Part shown: one piece after another, positions 1-10,167 of the stretch
How the letters are laid out: the number at the start of each line of letters is the position of its first letter
Numbering within the stretch: position 1 is the stretch's first letter
Assembly (NCBI GenBank): GCA_003818505.1
Contig: RPRI01000025.1
Span: 3,072 to 67,071 of the forward strand
Direction of reading: 5' to 3'
Length of the DNA: 64,000 bases
Origin: Desulfobacteraceae bacterium
GTDB lineage: Bacteria > Desulfobacterota > Desulfobacteria > Desulfobacterales > RPRI01
Notes under the pieces: model-generated
What the model was told of the DNA's origin: nothing
Seen by the model: the letters and a program-made list of their open reading frames with translations, nothing else
Database searches by the model: none
Position numbers and translations under genes: made by a program

Positions 1-1453
1 CGGCAGCAACCCGAACCATATATTTACCCGGCGGCAAAGGATTGGCTTTCGCAGGAAGAGCAGGAAGATTGACTGCCTCTCCGGCATATACCTTGTTGAG
101 ATTTTTAATATGCGGATTTGCAAGCACAACCTTCTTAAACTGACCATCATCGAAATCCCCGTAAAAGTCACGGAGCATCCACCAAACTGTTCTGCCGCCT
201 TTTACAGTAAGATTTCCCAGACTGTCGGGCATTCTTTGTTGAGGCTCCCCGCCGTAAGCAGCGGGGAATCTTCGACCGTAAGGAATAGAATCTGTTTTTA
301 ATTCGCTCTCTAACCCCGCCACAAGCAGCTGGGAATGAGCTCGCTGTTTCGGTTCCGGTACCGGCAGTTCCTGTGAGGTTGCTGCAACAGCTTCCGGCAT
401 ACTCCTTTTTTCACGTAAGGCAGCCGGATTGGCAGTATCGGTCTCATTCAAGCCAAGTTTCATGCCGGGAGTACTTTCCTTATCCTTAACGATATCCGGT
501 ATCTCTTTCATCGGTTTACTGACGGATATTTTGCCGGAGAATAAACCTGCTGCAACTATAATAACAAATAGAGCTGCAAGGCTTGTAGCCATAAGGAATC
601 GGAAAGCTTTCCCCTGTTTTATGGAAACCCTTCCTGCGCAGGAGCGCACCATGAACCAGCCGGCTTTTGAACGATTCTGAATGATTAATGCAAGAATAAC
701 CTGATGACACAGTGTTACAATCTTTCGCGGATAACCTTTTGTAGCAAGATAAAGGGCAAACAAACCCGGATAAGTAAATAATGAAGGTGTTTCACCGGTA
801 TTGCCTGCTTTTTCAATACGGAACCTAACCATACCACAGGTTTCCCGGAAATTCAAAGGCTCCAGAAAGTAGTAAAGGTTGACTCTGTCAGCGAAGTTTT
901 TATGTCTTTTTAAAGTCTGCTCGAATTCTCTTTGCGCGAGTATCACAATCTGCAACAGCTTATATTCATTCGTTTCATAATTGAGAAACTCGCGAAGTAT
1001 CTCAAGACAAAACTCCGGGAGTTTTTGCCCTTCATCAATGATGAGAACGACGATCTTCCCCTCGTCAATACCTTTTTTCAAAAGGTATTTCTTTATATTT
1101 TCCTTGAATTGCCATTCACTGTCACTTTTGCCGTCAAGAGATATGCCGAGAGTCAGCGAGACGGCAGATAAAAATTCGATTGGATTTGTGAAGGCAGGAT
1201 CCATGAGAAGATGTGTTTCTATGTTTCCACTGTCATGTTCGGATTCTGCGAATTTAAGTATGAGCTGCCGGCAAAGGGTAGTTTTTCCGGTTCCAACATC
1301 ACCTATAACAACGTTCAATCCACGGCGGAGGCGCACCGCGAGTTCCAGTTTTTGCAGACACCCCAAATGCTTGTTGGATTGAAAGAAAAATTCCGGTTCC
1401 GGTGAGTTGGAAAAGGGTTCCTTCTTTAGATTTAGAATCCTGAAATAATCCAT
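1..1453 (-). CDS. ExeA/GspA-family AAA ATPase with C-terminal LysM-like segment; runs off the left edge
   Basis: Manual translation from ATG at 1453: MDYFRILNLKKEPFSNSPEPEFFF, Walker A GDVGTGKT, Walker B VVLIIDEGQK. The same frame near 232-60 reads MPDSLGNLTVKGGRTVWWMLRDFYG...ANPHIKNLNKVYAGEAVNLP. Absent from the ORF track, consistent with no stop inside the window. Confidence 0.8.
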   Translation of the reverse strand, partial: MDYFRILNLKKEPFSNSPEPEFFFQSNKHLGCLQKLELAVRLRRGLNVVIGDVGTGKTTLCRQLILKFAESEHDSGNIETHLLMDPAFTNPIEFLSAVSLTLGISLDGKSDSEWQFKENIKKYLLKKGIDEGKIVVLIIDEGQKLPEFCLEILREFLNYETNEYKLLQIVILAQREFEQTLKRHKNFADRVNLYYFLEPLNFRETCGMVRFRIEKAGNTGETPSLFTYPGLFALYLATKGYPRKIVTLCHQVILALIIQNRSKAGWFMVRSCAGRVSIKQGKAFRFLMATSLAALFVIIVAAGLFSGKISVSKPMKEIPDIVKDKESTPGMKLGLNETDTANPAALREKRSMPEAVAATSQELPVPEPKQRAHSQLLVAGLESELKTDSIPYGRRFPAAYGGEPQQRMPDSLGNLTVKGGRTVWWMLRDFYGDFDDGQFKKVVLANPHIKNLNKVYAGEAVNLPALPAKANPLPPGKYMVRVAA

Positions 1454-1460
1454 TTCTCTC

Positions 1461-3080
1461 TCATTGCTTGGCTTTTTTTTCAGGTTTCTCCGGTAATACA
1501 GCGGCCGTCTTTACGGGTAATACTGTCGGGGTTATGAATATCAGAACCTCCTCCATTGATTCACTTTTTCCTTCACCTTTAAAAAGCCATCCCAGCACAG
1601 GTATATCCTTGAATAAGGGAATCCCGCTCCCGGTATCTGTCCTTTTCTGCTTTGTTAATCCTGAAATAACAATCGTCTCTCCATCACGGACTATTAGTGA
1701 TGTTTCTGTTTGTTTTTTGATAATCCTCGGGTTTCCCTGAACTTTGTGGGCATCAGACTCATCAACCTCGTCTTTTTTTACAAGAATCTTCATTTTGAGA
1801 TTCTTGCCGTCAATCACATGCGGGGTTATTTCCAGACGGAGTACTACATCCTCGAATTTCACCGATTTAGTGATAGCGCCGCCGGTGCCTTGTTCCTCCG
1901 TCACATAAGGGACTTTTGCTCCGTTTTCCGTGAAGGCTTTCTGATTGTCAAGGGTCGTTATGGAAGGGCTTGAAAGAATATTGAGCTTACCTTCACTTTG
2001 AAGGGCGCTTAACTGCATTTCAAGGATGTTGCCGCCAAGGGTACCGAACATCAGACCCAGCGTCCCTGATGCTGTTGACGACATGGTTGCAGGAAAATTG
2101 ACACTAAAACCCTGCTTGCTGAGGCCGTCAGAACCAAAGGCAGGTGTGTAGTTACCCGATGATGGATTTGACGGTGTTGCGTCAGTCGTAGATCCCCCCG
2201 GCGTTACCCAGAGGTCACGCTTCCCGACCGCCGAGTTGAACATCCCGCCCCACTGGATACCAAGACTGCGGGCTGTATCCTGTGTTGTTTCGACTATATT
2301 CGCTTTTATCATAATCTGGTGCGTCGGCCTGTCGATTTTTTCAATAATGGGCATCATCCTCATTAAATCATCTTTTATAGCCTGAATTATCAATGCATTA
2401 TTGTGCTCATCAACACGGATCGAACCCCTCGGTTTGCCATCCTTGTCTTTGGTCAGGAACTCCTGGAGATTCTCTTTGAGTCCCTTAGCATCTGCATAAT
2501 TGATGTCGATTATCTCGGATATAAGAGGTTCCACCTGACTCATACCTACCCGCTGAGTTTTTCTCTTTAAATCCTGCTCCACATCCTCCGCGGTCATGAC
2601 CCGGATAATGCTGCCTTCCCACACATAATTCAAACTTTGGTTACGTAGAATGCTCAAAAATGCCTGATCCCAGGGGACATCTTCGAAGTCAACTGTAACC
2701 TCACCTCTCACGTCGTTCTTTATTAATATGTTCAGCCCCTCACTCTTGGCCATGGCCCGGAGAATTGCATTTACATCTGCCTGACGCATCTTCAGGTTTA
2801 TTTTAGTAACGGGAAGAAGTTTTTCAGAAGGCACATCCCTTTTTAACGCTGAACCGGTTTCCCCTTTCGGTTCAACTCCCGAAGCTTCTATGGTTCTTTG
2901 TTCCGAGGAGGGAGAATGTCCCCTGGATGTCTCCGCCATGGTTTCCCATTTTTCAAAAAAGGTATCTTTCTTTACCGTCCTATCGCCTGCACAACCTGCT
3001 ATAATAAACCCGAGAATAATGGCTATGACGAGGCGGCATTTATTTTTCAAATTATGTTTATCAGTCAAAATTACCCCCAC
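1461..3080 (-). CDS. pilQ: Type IV pilus secretin PilQ (lipoprotein)
   Basis: Lipobox IAGC; secretin motifs QIMIKANIVE, LGIQWG, LSSPSITTLDN, GETIVISGL, IPLFKDIPVLGWLF. Confidence 0.9.
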   Translation of the reverse strand: MGVILTDKHNLKNKCRLVIAIILGFIIAGCAGDRTVKKDTFFEKWETMAETSRGHSPSSEQRTIEASGVEPKGETGSALKRDVPSEKLLPVTKINLKMRQADVNAILRAMAKSEGLNILIKNDVRGEVTVDFEDVPWDQAFLSILRNQSLNYVWEGSIIRVMTAEDVEQDLKRKTQRVGMSQVEPLISEIIDINYADAKGLKENLQEFLTKDKDGKPRGSIRVDEHNNALIIQAIKDDLMRMMPIIEKIDRPTHQIMIKANIVETTQDTARSLGIQWGGMFNSAVGKRDLWVTPGGSTTDATPSNPSSGNYTPAFGSDGLSKQGFSVNFPATMSSTASGTLGLMFGTLGGNILEMQLSALQSEGKLNILSSPSITTLDNQKAFTENGAKVPYVTEEQGTGGAITKSVKFEDVVLRLEITPHVIDGKNLKMKILVKKDEVDESDAHKVQGNPRIIKKQTETSLIVRDGETIVISGLTKQKRTDTGSGIPLFKDIPVLGWLFKGEGKSESMEEVLIFITPTVLPVKTAAVLPEKPEKKAKQ

Positions 3081-3115
3081 TCTCCCGTGTTGAGGTTAGG
3101 AGCCGTTACGACGGC

Positions 3116-3622
3116 TTATTCTTGCAAAGGAACTTCAACTCGTGATCGACTCTTTTTATTTACAATTACAATCCTGTCCGGGTAAATTTTTTCCAGGACA
3201 TACCCTTCGATTTCCATATTACTACCGGATTCATACTCAACACCGTTAATAATCACCATTTCCTTCTTATCCAATTTCAGATATCCGGAGTAATTAAAGC
3301 CCGGCTCTGCTTTTGAATCTTTGCCCGCTTTAGGCTCTTTAAACATTTTCCAGTCACTGAAAGATTTCTTTTCATAAAACGGATCCCTCTGCCATTCTGT
3401 TTCAGCACGGTTTATTGCATAAACGGCAGCAGCCGAAAGAGATCCTTTTGTCATTTTCGCAGTGACATCGGCCATAAAAGCTTCCACTTCCGCCGTTTTT
3501 TCCCCTGGATTTAAAGAGTCTGTTTTTGTTCGCGGAACAATATAAAAATCATATATGCCGTATAATATTGCAACAGCCATTATTGAAAGTATTATGATTT
3601 GCTGTTTTGTCAGTTTTGGCAT
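3116..3622 (-). CDS. PilP/GspB-like pilus assembly protein
   Basis: N-terminal TM helix, RDPF motif, position between pilO-like and pilQ. Confidence 0.55.
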   Translation of the reverse strand: MPKLTKQQIIILSIMAVAILYGIYDFYIVPRTKTDSLNPGEKTAEVEAFMADVTAKMTKGSLSAAAVYAINRAETEWQRDPFYEKKSFSDWKMFKEPKAGKDSKAEPGFNYSGYLKLDKKEMVIINGVEYESGSNMEIEGYVLEKIYPDRIVIVNKKSRSRVEVPLQE

Positions 3623-3658
3623 TAAATCCTCTAATTACTGATGACTGACGGCTGATCC

Positions 3659-4201
3659 CTATGCGAGAGCCAGCCGGATTTTCATTTTAAATTCCATGGT
3701 ATCCTGGTTTTGCTGAATCTGTATTTCTTCTACACTCTCTGAATATGCCACTTCACCAAGATTGATCAATAATTTACGAAAATTAAAAAAATCACCCCTG
3801 ATTACTGCATTAATAATAAGAAATTTGGAATTATCAGACAGGGAATCGAGGTCCGGGGAAATTGATATTACATCCATGCCGGCCTTTTTTGATATATCTC
3901 TGAAGGTAGTGGGGAATAAATCAATTAATTTCCGTGAAAGTTTATCTTTGGCAGGAAAGGGCAAAACCATTGCTAACCTTTGCTGAGCGTTTTTTCCCAG
4001 CAATTGATAGACCGAATGAAGCTTGTCCTGTTCTTCAAGCCGGACTTTTACATTGCTTATTTTCCTGTCAAGATTCGCCAAAGATATAGAATTTGGAACG
4101 ATTCCGACAAGCACTATCATCAGTAATCCTGTGAGACATATTGTTATATAAGTCAAAGTCTGCTTTGGAATTTTCAGCTTTTTTATTTTTTCAGATATCA
4201 T
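3659..4201 (-). CDS. PilO-like pilus assembly protein
   Basis: Single TM, coiled coil, IRGDFFNFRKLL segment typical of PilO/GspM fold; operon position. Confidence 0.65.
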   Translation of the reverse strand: MISEKIKKLKIPKQTLTYITICLTGLLMIVLVGIVPNSISLANLDRKISNVKVRLEEQDKLHSVYQLLGKNAQQRLAMVLPFPAKDKLSRKLIDLFPTTFRDISKKAGMDVISISPDLDSLSDNSKFLIINAVIRGDFFNFRKLLINLGEVAYSESVEEIQIQQNQDTMEFKMKIRLALA

Positions 4202-4420
4202 TTAGCTTCAACCTGTTTTCTGAATGTTTTCAATTTATCTTTCTTCGTGTCTATAGTTTTTTTAGTTTCTGGTTTCAGGTTATCGGCAGCCCGAATTGTC
4301 CGAATCCCTTCTCCTTACTTTTACTCTTTACCTTTTACCCCTCACCCCTCACGCCTAACGCCTAACAACTTACAGCGGTTTCACTTGAACCCTCGATCCC
4401 TTGACCTCTTGAATCCTCTC
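4202..4420 (-). repeat. Composite 7/8/9-mer repeat spacer (pilMN-pilO)
   Basis: Minus strand: GGATTCAA-type 8-mers, GGCGTTA/GGGGTGA 7-mers, ACCAGAA 7-mers, GACACGAAGAAAGATAA (identical to 24393-24409). Confidence 0.85.
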
Positions 4421-6316
4421 TTATGACTCCATAAGTGCTATATCAATTACAAAATGCAAAACATCATCCTTTCTAAAAGGCTCAATTCCATTTTTCTGAA
4501 TGTTGATTTTTCGGAACATCGGTGATTCTTTCAGCCTTATGATAAAGCCTGCCAGTGAAGATTCGAGTGTATTGCGATCACCAAAAACCAGGCCTTCAAT
4601 CACCAGTTTTCTTTTTACATCATTTTTTCCAGATGTCTTTATATCTTTTTTCGGAGGTTCTTGGCCTGAAGCAAAACCACCCAGATCGGCCTTCAGATTA
4701 ATGAGACGAATATTTTTCGGGGTCAATGAAGATAACTCGCTGATGACCGCCATTCCAAGGTATCTTTCACTGTAAGTTTTACTTATCTGTTGCTGTTCTT
4801 TTAATCCGTCAACCATCCGGGATATTGTACTCTGATCGACAAGAGGCTTGTACTGCGACAGACGTCCTTCTATCTGTATAATGTCAGCTTTTTTTTGATT
4901 AATTACTCGGTTTTGATAGAAGAAAATTCCTCCGCAAATGAGCGCAACAACTATTAAGGCCGCAAAGACAGCGTTAGTAATCCGCAAAGTATTAGCAAGC
5001 TTTTCCTTGTCTTTGAATCTAAACAACAGATTAGGAGTGTATTCATTATCTGAAAGTGCAAGGCCAAGGGCCGGAATTAGAGCAACTCTATCCGAAAGAC
5101 AGATTTTTTCAGCATAGCTTTCGAAATTGGAAAGTTGAAATTTAAGAGGATCAAGAACATCGCTTTCGATACCCAGTTGATCTCCAACATATTTTACAAT
5201 GGGCATGTAAACATTCATTACACTGGATACGTAAATTCTATCAACCCTGTCATATTTGAGGGTTGTCGTATAGTATTCAAAAGTCCTTTCTACCTGCCTG
5301 ACCACCCTTTCTAATGAAAGTATAATGGCATTGAATTTTTCTTCTTCTGTAAGCTTGAAGCCGATATCCTTTTCCGTTAAATGTGGAGAGTCTGGGCTGA
5401 GACTAAGGAGCGCTTTTCTAACCCCCTGCGCCCTTGCCTTAGCGCTTGTCCCCTCAAGTTCATACAATTCTTCCTGCTCCTGCGATTCCCCTGAAATCCT
5501 CTCCATCAATGCTTCAACCATGCTTTTGATTCCAGCCCTGATACCCCTTGTCATGACAAGTTTTCCATTGGCATAAATATCAATACGTGAAAAATCATTA
5601 CCGATGAACAGAGATGCAATCGTGCCTTCATGAGCAGGAATTTGTATTGTCTTTAATATGTTTTGAACTGCAAAAGGTGCGATGGACATTCCATTTAACG
5701 GCAAACCGATTTCTGAAAAAAGTATTTTTGTATCTTTAACTTCATCTCTGGGAGCCGTGTAAGCGATAATTGACAACTTGGGGATATTCTCTTCGGTAAT
5801 CTCTCCCAAAATTTCGAAATCCAGGCTCATATCTTTATCGTCAAAGGGAGTTTCCCTTTTAATTGCCCATGATATGGTATTTTCGATCTGATTTTTCGGT
5901 ACTTTAGGGATCTTCAAATGACGTACATTAACATGGGCAGCGGACATATTAGCCCATAGATTCAAATCGTTATCGGTTCCAAAAAAATTATACAGTTCGG
6001 ATTTGATAAAATTGATAAACTCGGGGGATTTTTTAGAGTCTATATGGGTAAGCGATATGCTCTTATAGTCAAGAAAGGTCCAGCTCTTATCAGCAAGCTT
6101 TGTAGTTTTGACCAATTTCAGGTATTCATGCCCGATATCAATACCAATGTTTACCGGTTTTTTTTCTGATACAATTTTCAATGATGCGCTTGAGGGTTTT
6201 TTCACCTGCGATTCAATTTTAGATATACCCAAAGAAGTGGAAACGGTGTCAATCTTTTTATTACGAATAAAATCAAGTAGCTTTTCAGTTGAAGTAGTTT
6301 CTTTAAAAAGGGACAA
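4421..6316 (-). CDS. Fused PilM-PilN pilus assembly protein
   Basis: Actin-like N-terminus (IGIDIG), ALGLAL then NLL motif, TM helix and PilN-like C-terminus (LVIEG...FIIRLKESPMF); TTG start with GGAGGAG SD. Confidence 0.75.
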   Translation of the reverse strand: MSLFKETTSTEKLLDFIRNKKIDTVSTSLGISKIESQVKKPSSASLKIVSEKKPVNIGIDIGHEYLKLVKTTKLADKSWTFLDYKSISLTHIDSKKSPEFINFIKSELYNFFGTDNDLNLWANMSAAHVNVRHLKIPKVPKNQIENTISWAIKRETPFDDKDMSLDFEILGEITEENIPKLSIIAYTAPRDEVKDTKILFSEIGLPLNGMSIAPFAVQNILKTIQIPAHEGTIASLFIGNDFSRIDIYANGKLVMTRGIRAGIKSMVEALMERISGESQEQEELYELEGTSAKARAQGVRKALLSLSPDSPHLTEKDIGFKLTEEEKFNAIILSLERVVRQVERTFEYYTTTLKYDRVDRIYVSSVMNVYMPIVKYVGDQLGIESDVLDPLKFQLSNFESYAEKICLSDRVALIPALGLALSDNEYTPNLLFRFKDKEKLANTLRITNAVFAALIVVALICGGIFFYQNRVINQKKADIIQIEGRLSQYKPLVDQSTISRMVDGLKEQQQISKTYSERYLGMAVISELSSLTPKNIRLINLKADLGGFASGQEPPKKDIKTSGKNDVKRKLVIEGLVFGDRNTLESSLAGFIIRLKESPMFRKINIQKNGIEPFRKDDVLHFVIDIALMES

Positions 6317-6388
6317 CGTGCGGCTCCTCCTTGATTAATCAGATCCTGCATCAGATTGAAATAATCCCAATTTTACAATTTTGTCGAA

Positions 6389-6417
6389 CATATAACAGAC
6401 CTCCCATATTCTGTCAA
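6389..6417 (-). promoter_or_regulatory. Putative sigma70 promoter of the pilus operon
   Basis: Minus strand TTGACA-17 bp-TATATG with extended -10 TG. Confidence 0.55.
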
Positions 6418-6460
6418 TTTTTTGTGACGTTATTTGCTGTTCCCTATGTTGCCTTTTAGG

Positions 6461-6543
6461 TGGTCAGTTATCAGTTTCAGGAGGTCGGTTGTCCGTCCGA
6501 ACCCTTGCCCCCTGATCTCCGACTGCTGCTCGCTGATCCCTGA
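6461..6543. repeat. Inverted pair of TCAG/CTGA heptamer arms
   Basis: GGTCAGTTATCAGTTTCAGGAGGTCGG ... CCTGATCTCCGACTGCTGCTCGCTGATCCCTGA; related arm at 3634-3658. Confidence 0.6.
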
Positions 6544-6690
6544 GTCGTTATGAAGTTATATCCACAAAACTCCACAAAGAAAATCATCAATTGAAATCGT
6601 TTTAACATAAATAAATCATTATAAATAAATTGCTGAAATTTTATTTTTTTCTTGACATATTGATAAAATTATATCATTTATATGCAACAA

Positions 6691-6735
6691 AGTGGTTTAA
6701 AGTGGTTTTATATGGATAAACGTGCATAATTATGG
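6691..6735 (+). promoter_or_regulatory. Putative MraZ-binding direct repeats
   Basis: AGTGG (6691), AGTGG (6701), TATGG (6711), CGTGC (6721), TATGG (6731) at exact 10-bp period just upstream of mraZ. Confidence 0.65.
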
Positions 6736-6741
6736 TGAAAT

Positions 6742-7188
6742 ATGTTCAGGGGAACTTCTTTTCATACAATTGATTCGAAAGGCCGCGTAATAATTCCTTC
6801 AAGATTCAGGGATATAATAAGAAACGGCGAGAGCGACGGCGTCGTTATCTCGAGAATGGACGGAACTCTTTATGCCTATACCCTAGAGGGATGGAAAAAA
6901 ACTGAAAACAAGATTATCTCTCTTGCCGAAAAAAGCGAATACATGCGCCGCTTCAGGCGGGTATTTATAGGCGGTGCATTTGAATGCTTTTGCGACAAAC
7001 AGGACAGGATTCTTGTGCCTCCAGCCCTGCGGCAATATGCAAAACTTGAAAAAGATATAGTGCTTGTCGGCGCCCTTGATCATTTTGAAATCTGGTCTGT
7101 TGATAGCTGGAATGCTGAAATAGATCAGCTGGAAAAAGACAGTAAAAAGGAGGATGTAAGAAACGAAATTGCGAAATTAGGAATCTGA
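6742..7188 (+). CDS. mraZ: Transcriptional regulator MraZ
   Basis: MFRG...IDSKGRVIIP and DKQDRILVP repeats; first dcw gene. Confidence 0.97.
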   Translation: MFRGTSFHTIDSKGRVIIPSRFRDIIRNGESDGVVISRMDGTLYAYTLEGWKKTENKIISLAEKSEYMRRFRRVFIGGAFECFCDKQDRILVPPALRQYAKLEKDIVLVGALDHFEIWSVDSWNAEIDQLEKDSKKEDVRNEIAKLGI

Positions 7189-7191
7189 TTA

Positions 7192-8130
7192 ATGCAGACT
7201 TATCATATCCCAGTCATGACAAAAGAGGTCATTGATTATCTTGACTGCAAGCCTGGAAAGATTTACGCGGACTGCACACTTGGAGGCTCCGGCCATGCAA
7301 TGGCCATTTGCGGAAAAATCAAGCCGAACGGTATACTGATAGGCATTGATCAGGATAAGGATGCAATTGAAAATGCAAAAAATGTATTAAAGCCACTCCT
7401 TCCGGACATCCGTCTTTTTCACGGCAATTTCGTTCAACTCCCCGAGTTCCTTTCAGAGTCCGGCATTTCAAAAGTAGACGGCATTTTGCTTGACCTGGGG
7501 CTGTCGCTTCATCAGATTGATTCGAGCGGAAGAGGATTCAGTTTTAAAAGAGAAGAACCTCTTGACATGCGAATGGATACCGAATCAGACACAAAAGCCG
7601 AAGACCTGATAAACGAACTTGATGAAAAAGGGCTTGCGGCACTTTTCACAAATTACGGCGAAGAACACTGGGCAAGAAGAATAGCAAGGAACATAGTACA
7701 AAAAAGGGAGCAGACTGATATAAAAACAAGTGCGCAGCTAGCAAAAATCGTCTGCGATTCAATTCCCGGAAAAATACAATCTAAACAAAAAATTCATCCT
7801 GCAACCCGGGTTTTTATGGCTTTAAGAATAGCAGTTAACAGGGAACTCGAAATGCTTTCATCGTTTATGGACAACGTGGCGGAAGTATTAAACCCCAAAG
7901 GTCGTCTTTGTGTTTTAACATTTCATTCCCTTGAAGACAGAATCGTAAAACGGAAAATAAAAGAGTTGGAAAAAGAATGTGTTTGCCCTCCCGGTTTTCC
8001 AAAGTGTGTTTGTAACAAAACGAGGCTATTCAGGAGATTGAATAAAAAAGTCATGCGTCCGGGCAAAGAAGAGATAATTGCGAATCCGATGGCACGAAGT
8101 ACCAAGTTGCGGGCAGCAGAAAAAATATAG
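7192..8130 (+). CDS. rsmH: 16S rRNA m4C1402 methyltransferase
   Basis: HIPVM, DCTLGGSGH, PLDMRMD, HPATRVFMALRIAVN, FHSLEDRIVK. Confidence 0.97.
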   Translation: MQTYHIPVMTKEVIDYLDCKPGKIYADCTLGGSGHAMAICGKIKPNGILIGIDQDKDAIENAKNVLKPLLPDIRLFHGNFVQLPEFLSESGISKVDGILLDLGLSLHQIDSSGRGFSFKREEPLDMRMDTESDTKAEDLINELDEKGLAALFTNYGEEHWARRIARNIVQKREQTDIKTSAQLAKIVCDSIPGKIQSKQKIHPATRVFMALRIAVNRELEMLSSFMDNVAEVLNPKGRLCVLTFHSLEDRIVKRKIKELEKECVCPPGFPKCVCNKTRLFRRLNKKVMRPGKEEIIANPMARSTKLRAAEKI

Positions 8131-8137
8131 GAAGCAA

Positions 8138-8434
8138 TTGAAAAAAAATATAAAATACAAAAAACCCGAACCCAAGTTTACAGGATTATGGGCCATTATT
8201 ATGATTTTAATAATTTCGGAGCTTTTTATTTACACGTGGTGCAGAATTCAGTGCGTTAAGACAGGATATGAAATATCAGAAGAAATGGATAAAAATTTAA
8301 AACTTATAACTTTGCAGAAGAATCTTAAGATCGAGATTGCACGCCTGAAATCTCCACAGAGAATATCAAGGATTGCAACAAGGCAGCTTGGTCTTATTAT
8401 GCCAAAACCGGAACAGGTAATTACAATCCCATGA
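8138..8434 (+). CDS. ftsL: Cell division protein FtsL (TTG start at 8138 inferred)
   Basis: TM plus leucine zipper ending LKSPQRISRIATRQLGL; between rsmH and ftsI. Confidence 0.85.
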   Translation: MKKNIKYKKPEPKFTGLWAIIMILIISELFIYTWCRIQCVKTGYEISEEMDKNLKLITLQKNLKIEIARLKSPQRISRIATRQLGLIMPKPEQVITIP

Positions 8435-10167
8435 ACAACGCCAAATCAAAATATATAAAACTCAGAATAACAATTGTCGGCATTGTATTTGCCGTCTGCA
8501 TTACATCCATTGGCGCAAAAGCCGGGTATCTACAAATTTACCGGAGTTCATGGCTCGCTGAAAAAGCTGCCGATCAATATGAAAGACCATTTAAAGAATC
8601 AGGCAAACGGGGAACGATTTATGATACAAATTTGCGCGAAATGGCGGTATCAATCAATGCGACATCAATTGCAGCCTATCCGCGTAAGATTCAGGATGCG
8701 GCGGCAGCCGCAAAGATGCTTGCAAAATCGCTCAATATAGATTCCAAGATCCTTCAGAGAAGGCTCCTGGCAAATAAACCCTTTATATGGGTAAAACGCC
8801 AGGCTACACCGAAGGAGGTCAATGCCGTAAAAAACCTGAACCTTGACGGCGTCGGCTTCCTGTCTGAAACCAGCAGATTCTATCCGCAGAAAACGCTCGC
8901 AGCGCAAACAATAGGCTTTACCGGGATGGACGGAAACGGACTTGAAGGCATTGAGTTCTATTATGACAACCAGTTAAAAGGTTCCAACTTTGAGTATGTT
9001 GTTTTGAAGGATGCTCTAGGGCAGGGTTTTAATTCTGAAAAGACAACGACGGATTACAGCGGAAAGAATATTATCCTTACTATTGACCAGACAATCCAGT
9101 ACATAACAGAAAAAGCATTAAAAGAAGCTGTCGATGAAAACGGCGCAAAATCCGGCATAGCAGTAGTAATGTCGCCCGGAACCGGCGCCATACTTTCAAT
9201 AGCCCAACACCCTTCATTAAACCCGAATTCTTATGAAAAATTTGACAAGCACCTGTGGAGAAACAGGGCAATAACAGATCCTTTCGAGCCGGGTTCAACT
9301 ATGAAAGTTTTTACTGCTGCCGCAGCAATCGAACATGGCAACTGCTCCGAAAACACAATTTTTTTCTGCGAAAACGGGGAATATAGAATCGGAAAAAATG
9401 TTATTCATGATACACACCCTTACGGATTGTTAACTCTTAAGGATGTTGTAAAGTTATCAAGCAATATAGGGGCATTTAAAATCGTAAAAAAAACAGGTAC
9501 CGAATCACTTTACAGAACCCTGAAAGCTTTTGGATTTGGTGAAAAAACAGGCATCAACTGCCCGGGTGAAACATCCGGCACCGTTACTTCGTATAAAAAC
9601 TGGCGCGCAATTGATGTTGGAGCCATATCCTTCGGCCAGGGAATTTCCGCTTCTCCCCTTCAGATTATCTCAGCTGTTTCGGCAATAGCCAACGACGGAA
9701 TTCTCATGAAGCCGTATATAGTTCAGGCCATAATGGATCAAAAAGGCATTACCGTCAGCCGGTTCGACCCCATTCGGGTACGCCGGGCTGTTTCGTCCAC
9801 GACCGCCGGTAAATTAAAAAACATATTAATGTCGGTAACAGAGAAGGGCGGAACAGGCTTTAATGCAGCGCTTGAAGGTCATACGGTGTGCGGTAAAACA
9901 GGAACTGCTCAAAAAACCGATGAAACCGGGAGATACGCGCAAGGCAAATACATTTCATCCTTCGTCGGCTTTACTCCGGCTGAAAATCCTGAAATAGCAA
10001 TTCTCGTTATTTTGGACGAGCCAACGAAAAATCACTATGGTGGTGTTGTCGCCGCTCCTGCTTTCAGTAAAATCGCGCAGGAAACGCTTACCTATCTGAA
10101 TATACCGCCGAAAAACAGAAAAACCGACGAACTGACGGTATCGAAGGAAAGCAGGTTGCTGGGGTGA
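8431..10167 (+). CDS. ftsI: Penicillin-binding protein 3
   Basis: RGTIYD, EPGSTMK (SxxK), SSN, KTGTAQ. Confidence 0.95.
   Translation: MNNAKSKYIKLRITIVGIVFAVCITSIGAKAGYLQIYRSSWLAEKAADQYERPFKESGKRGTIYDTNLREMAVSINATSIAAYPRKIQDAAAAAKMLAKSLNIDSKILQRRLLANKPFIWVKRQATPKEVNAVKNLNLDGVGFLSETSRFYPQKTLAAQTIGFTGMDGNGLEGIEFYYDNQLKGSNFEYVVLKDALGQGFNSEKTTTDYSGKNIILTIDQTIQYITEKALKEAVDENGAKSGIAVVMSPGTGAILSIAQHPSLNPNSYEKFDKHLWRNRAITDPFEPGSTMKVFTAAAAIEHGNCSENTIFFCENGEYRIGKNVIHDTHPYGLLTLKDVVKLSSNIGAFKIVKKTGTESLYRTLKAFGFGEKTGINCPGETSGTVTSYKNWRAIDVGAISFGQGISASPLQIISAVSAIANDGILMKPYIVQAIMDQKGITVSRFDPIRVRRAVSSTTAGKLKNILMSVTEKGGTGFNAALEGHTVCGKTGTAQKTDETGRYAQGKYISSFVGFTPAENPEIAILVILDEPTKNHYGGVVAAPAFSKIAQETLTYLNIPPKNRKTDELTVSKESRLLG

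Noticed and set aside
110-1405. Plus-strand ORFs at the left edge and the many antisense ORFs over core genes
   Set aside because: Shadows of well-supported genes on the opposite strand or in another frame.
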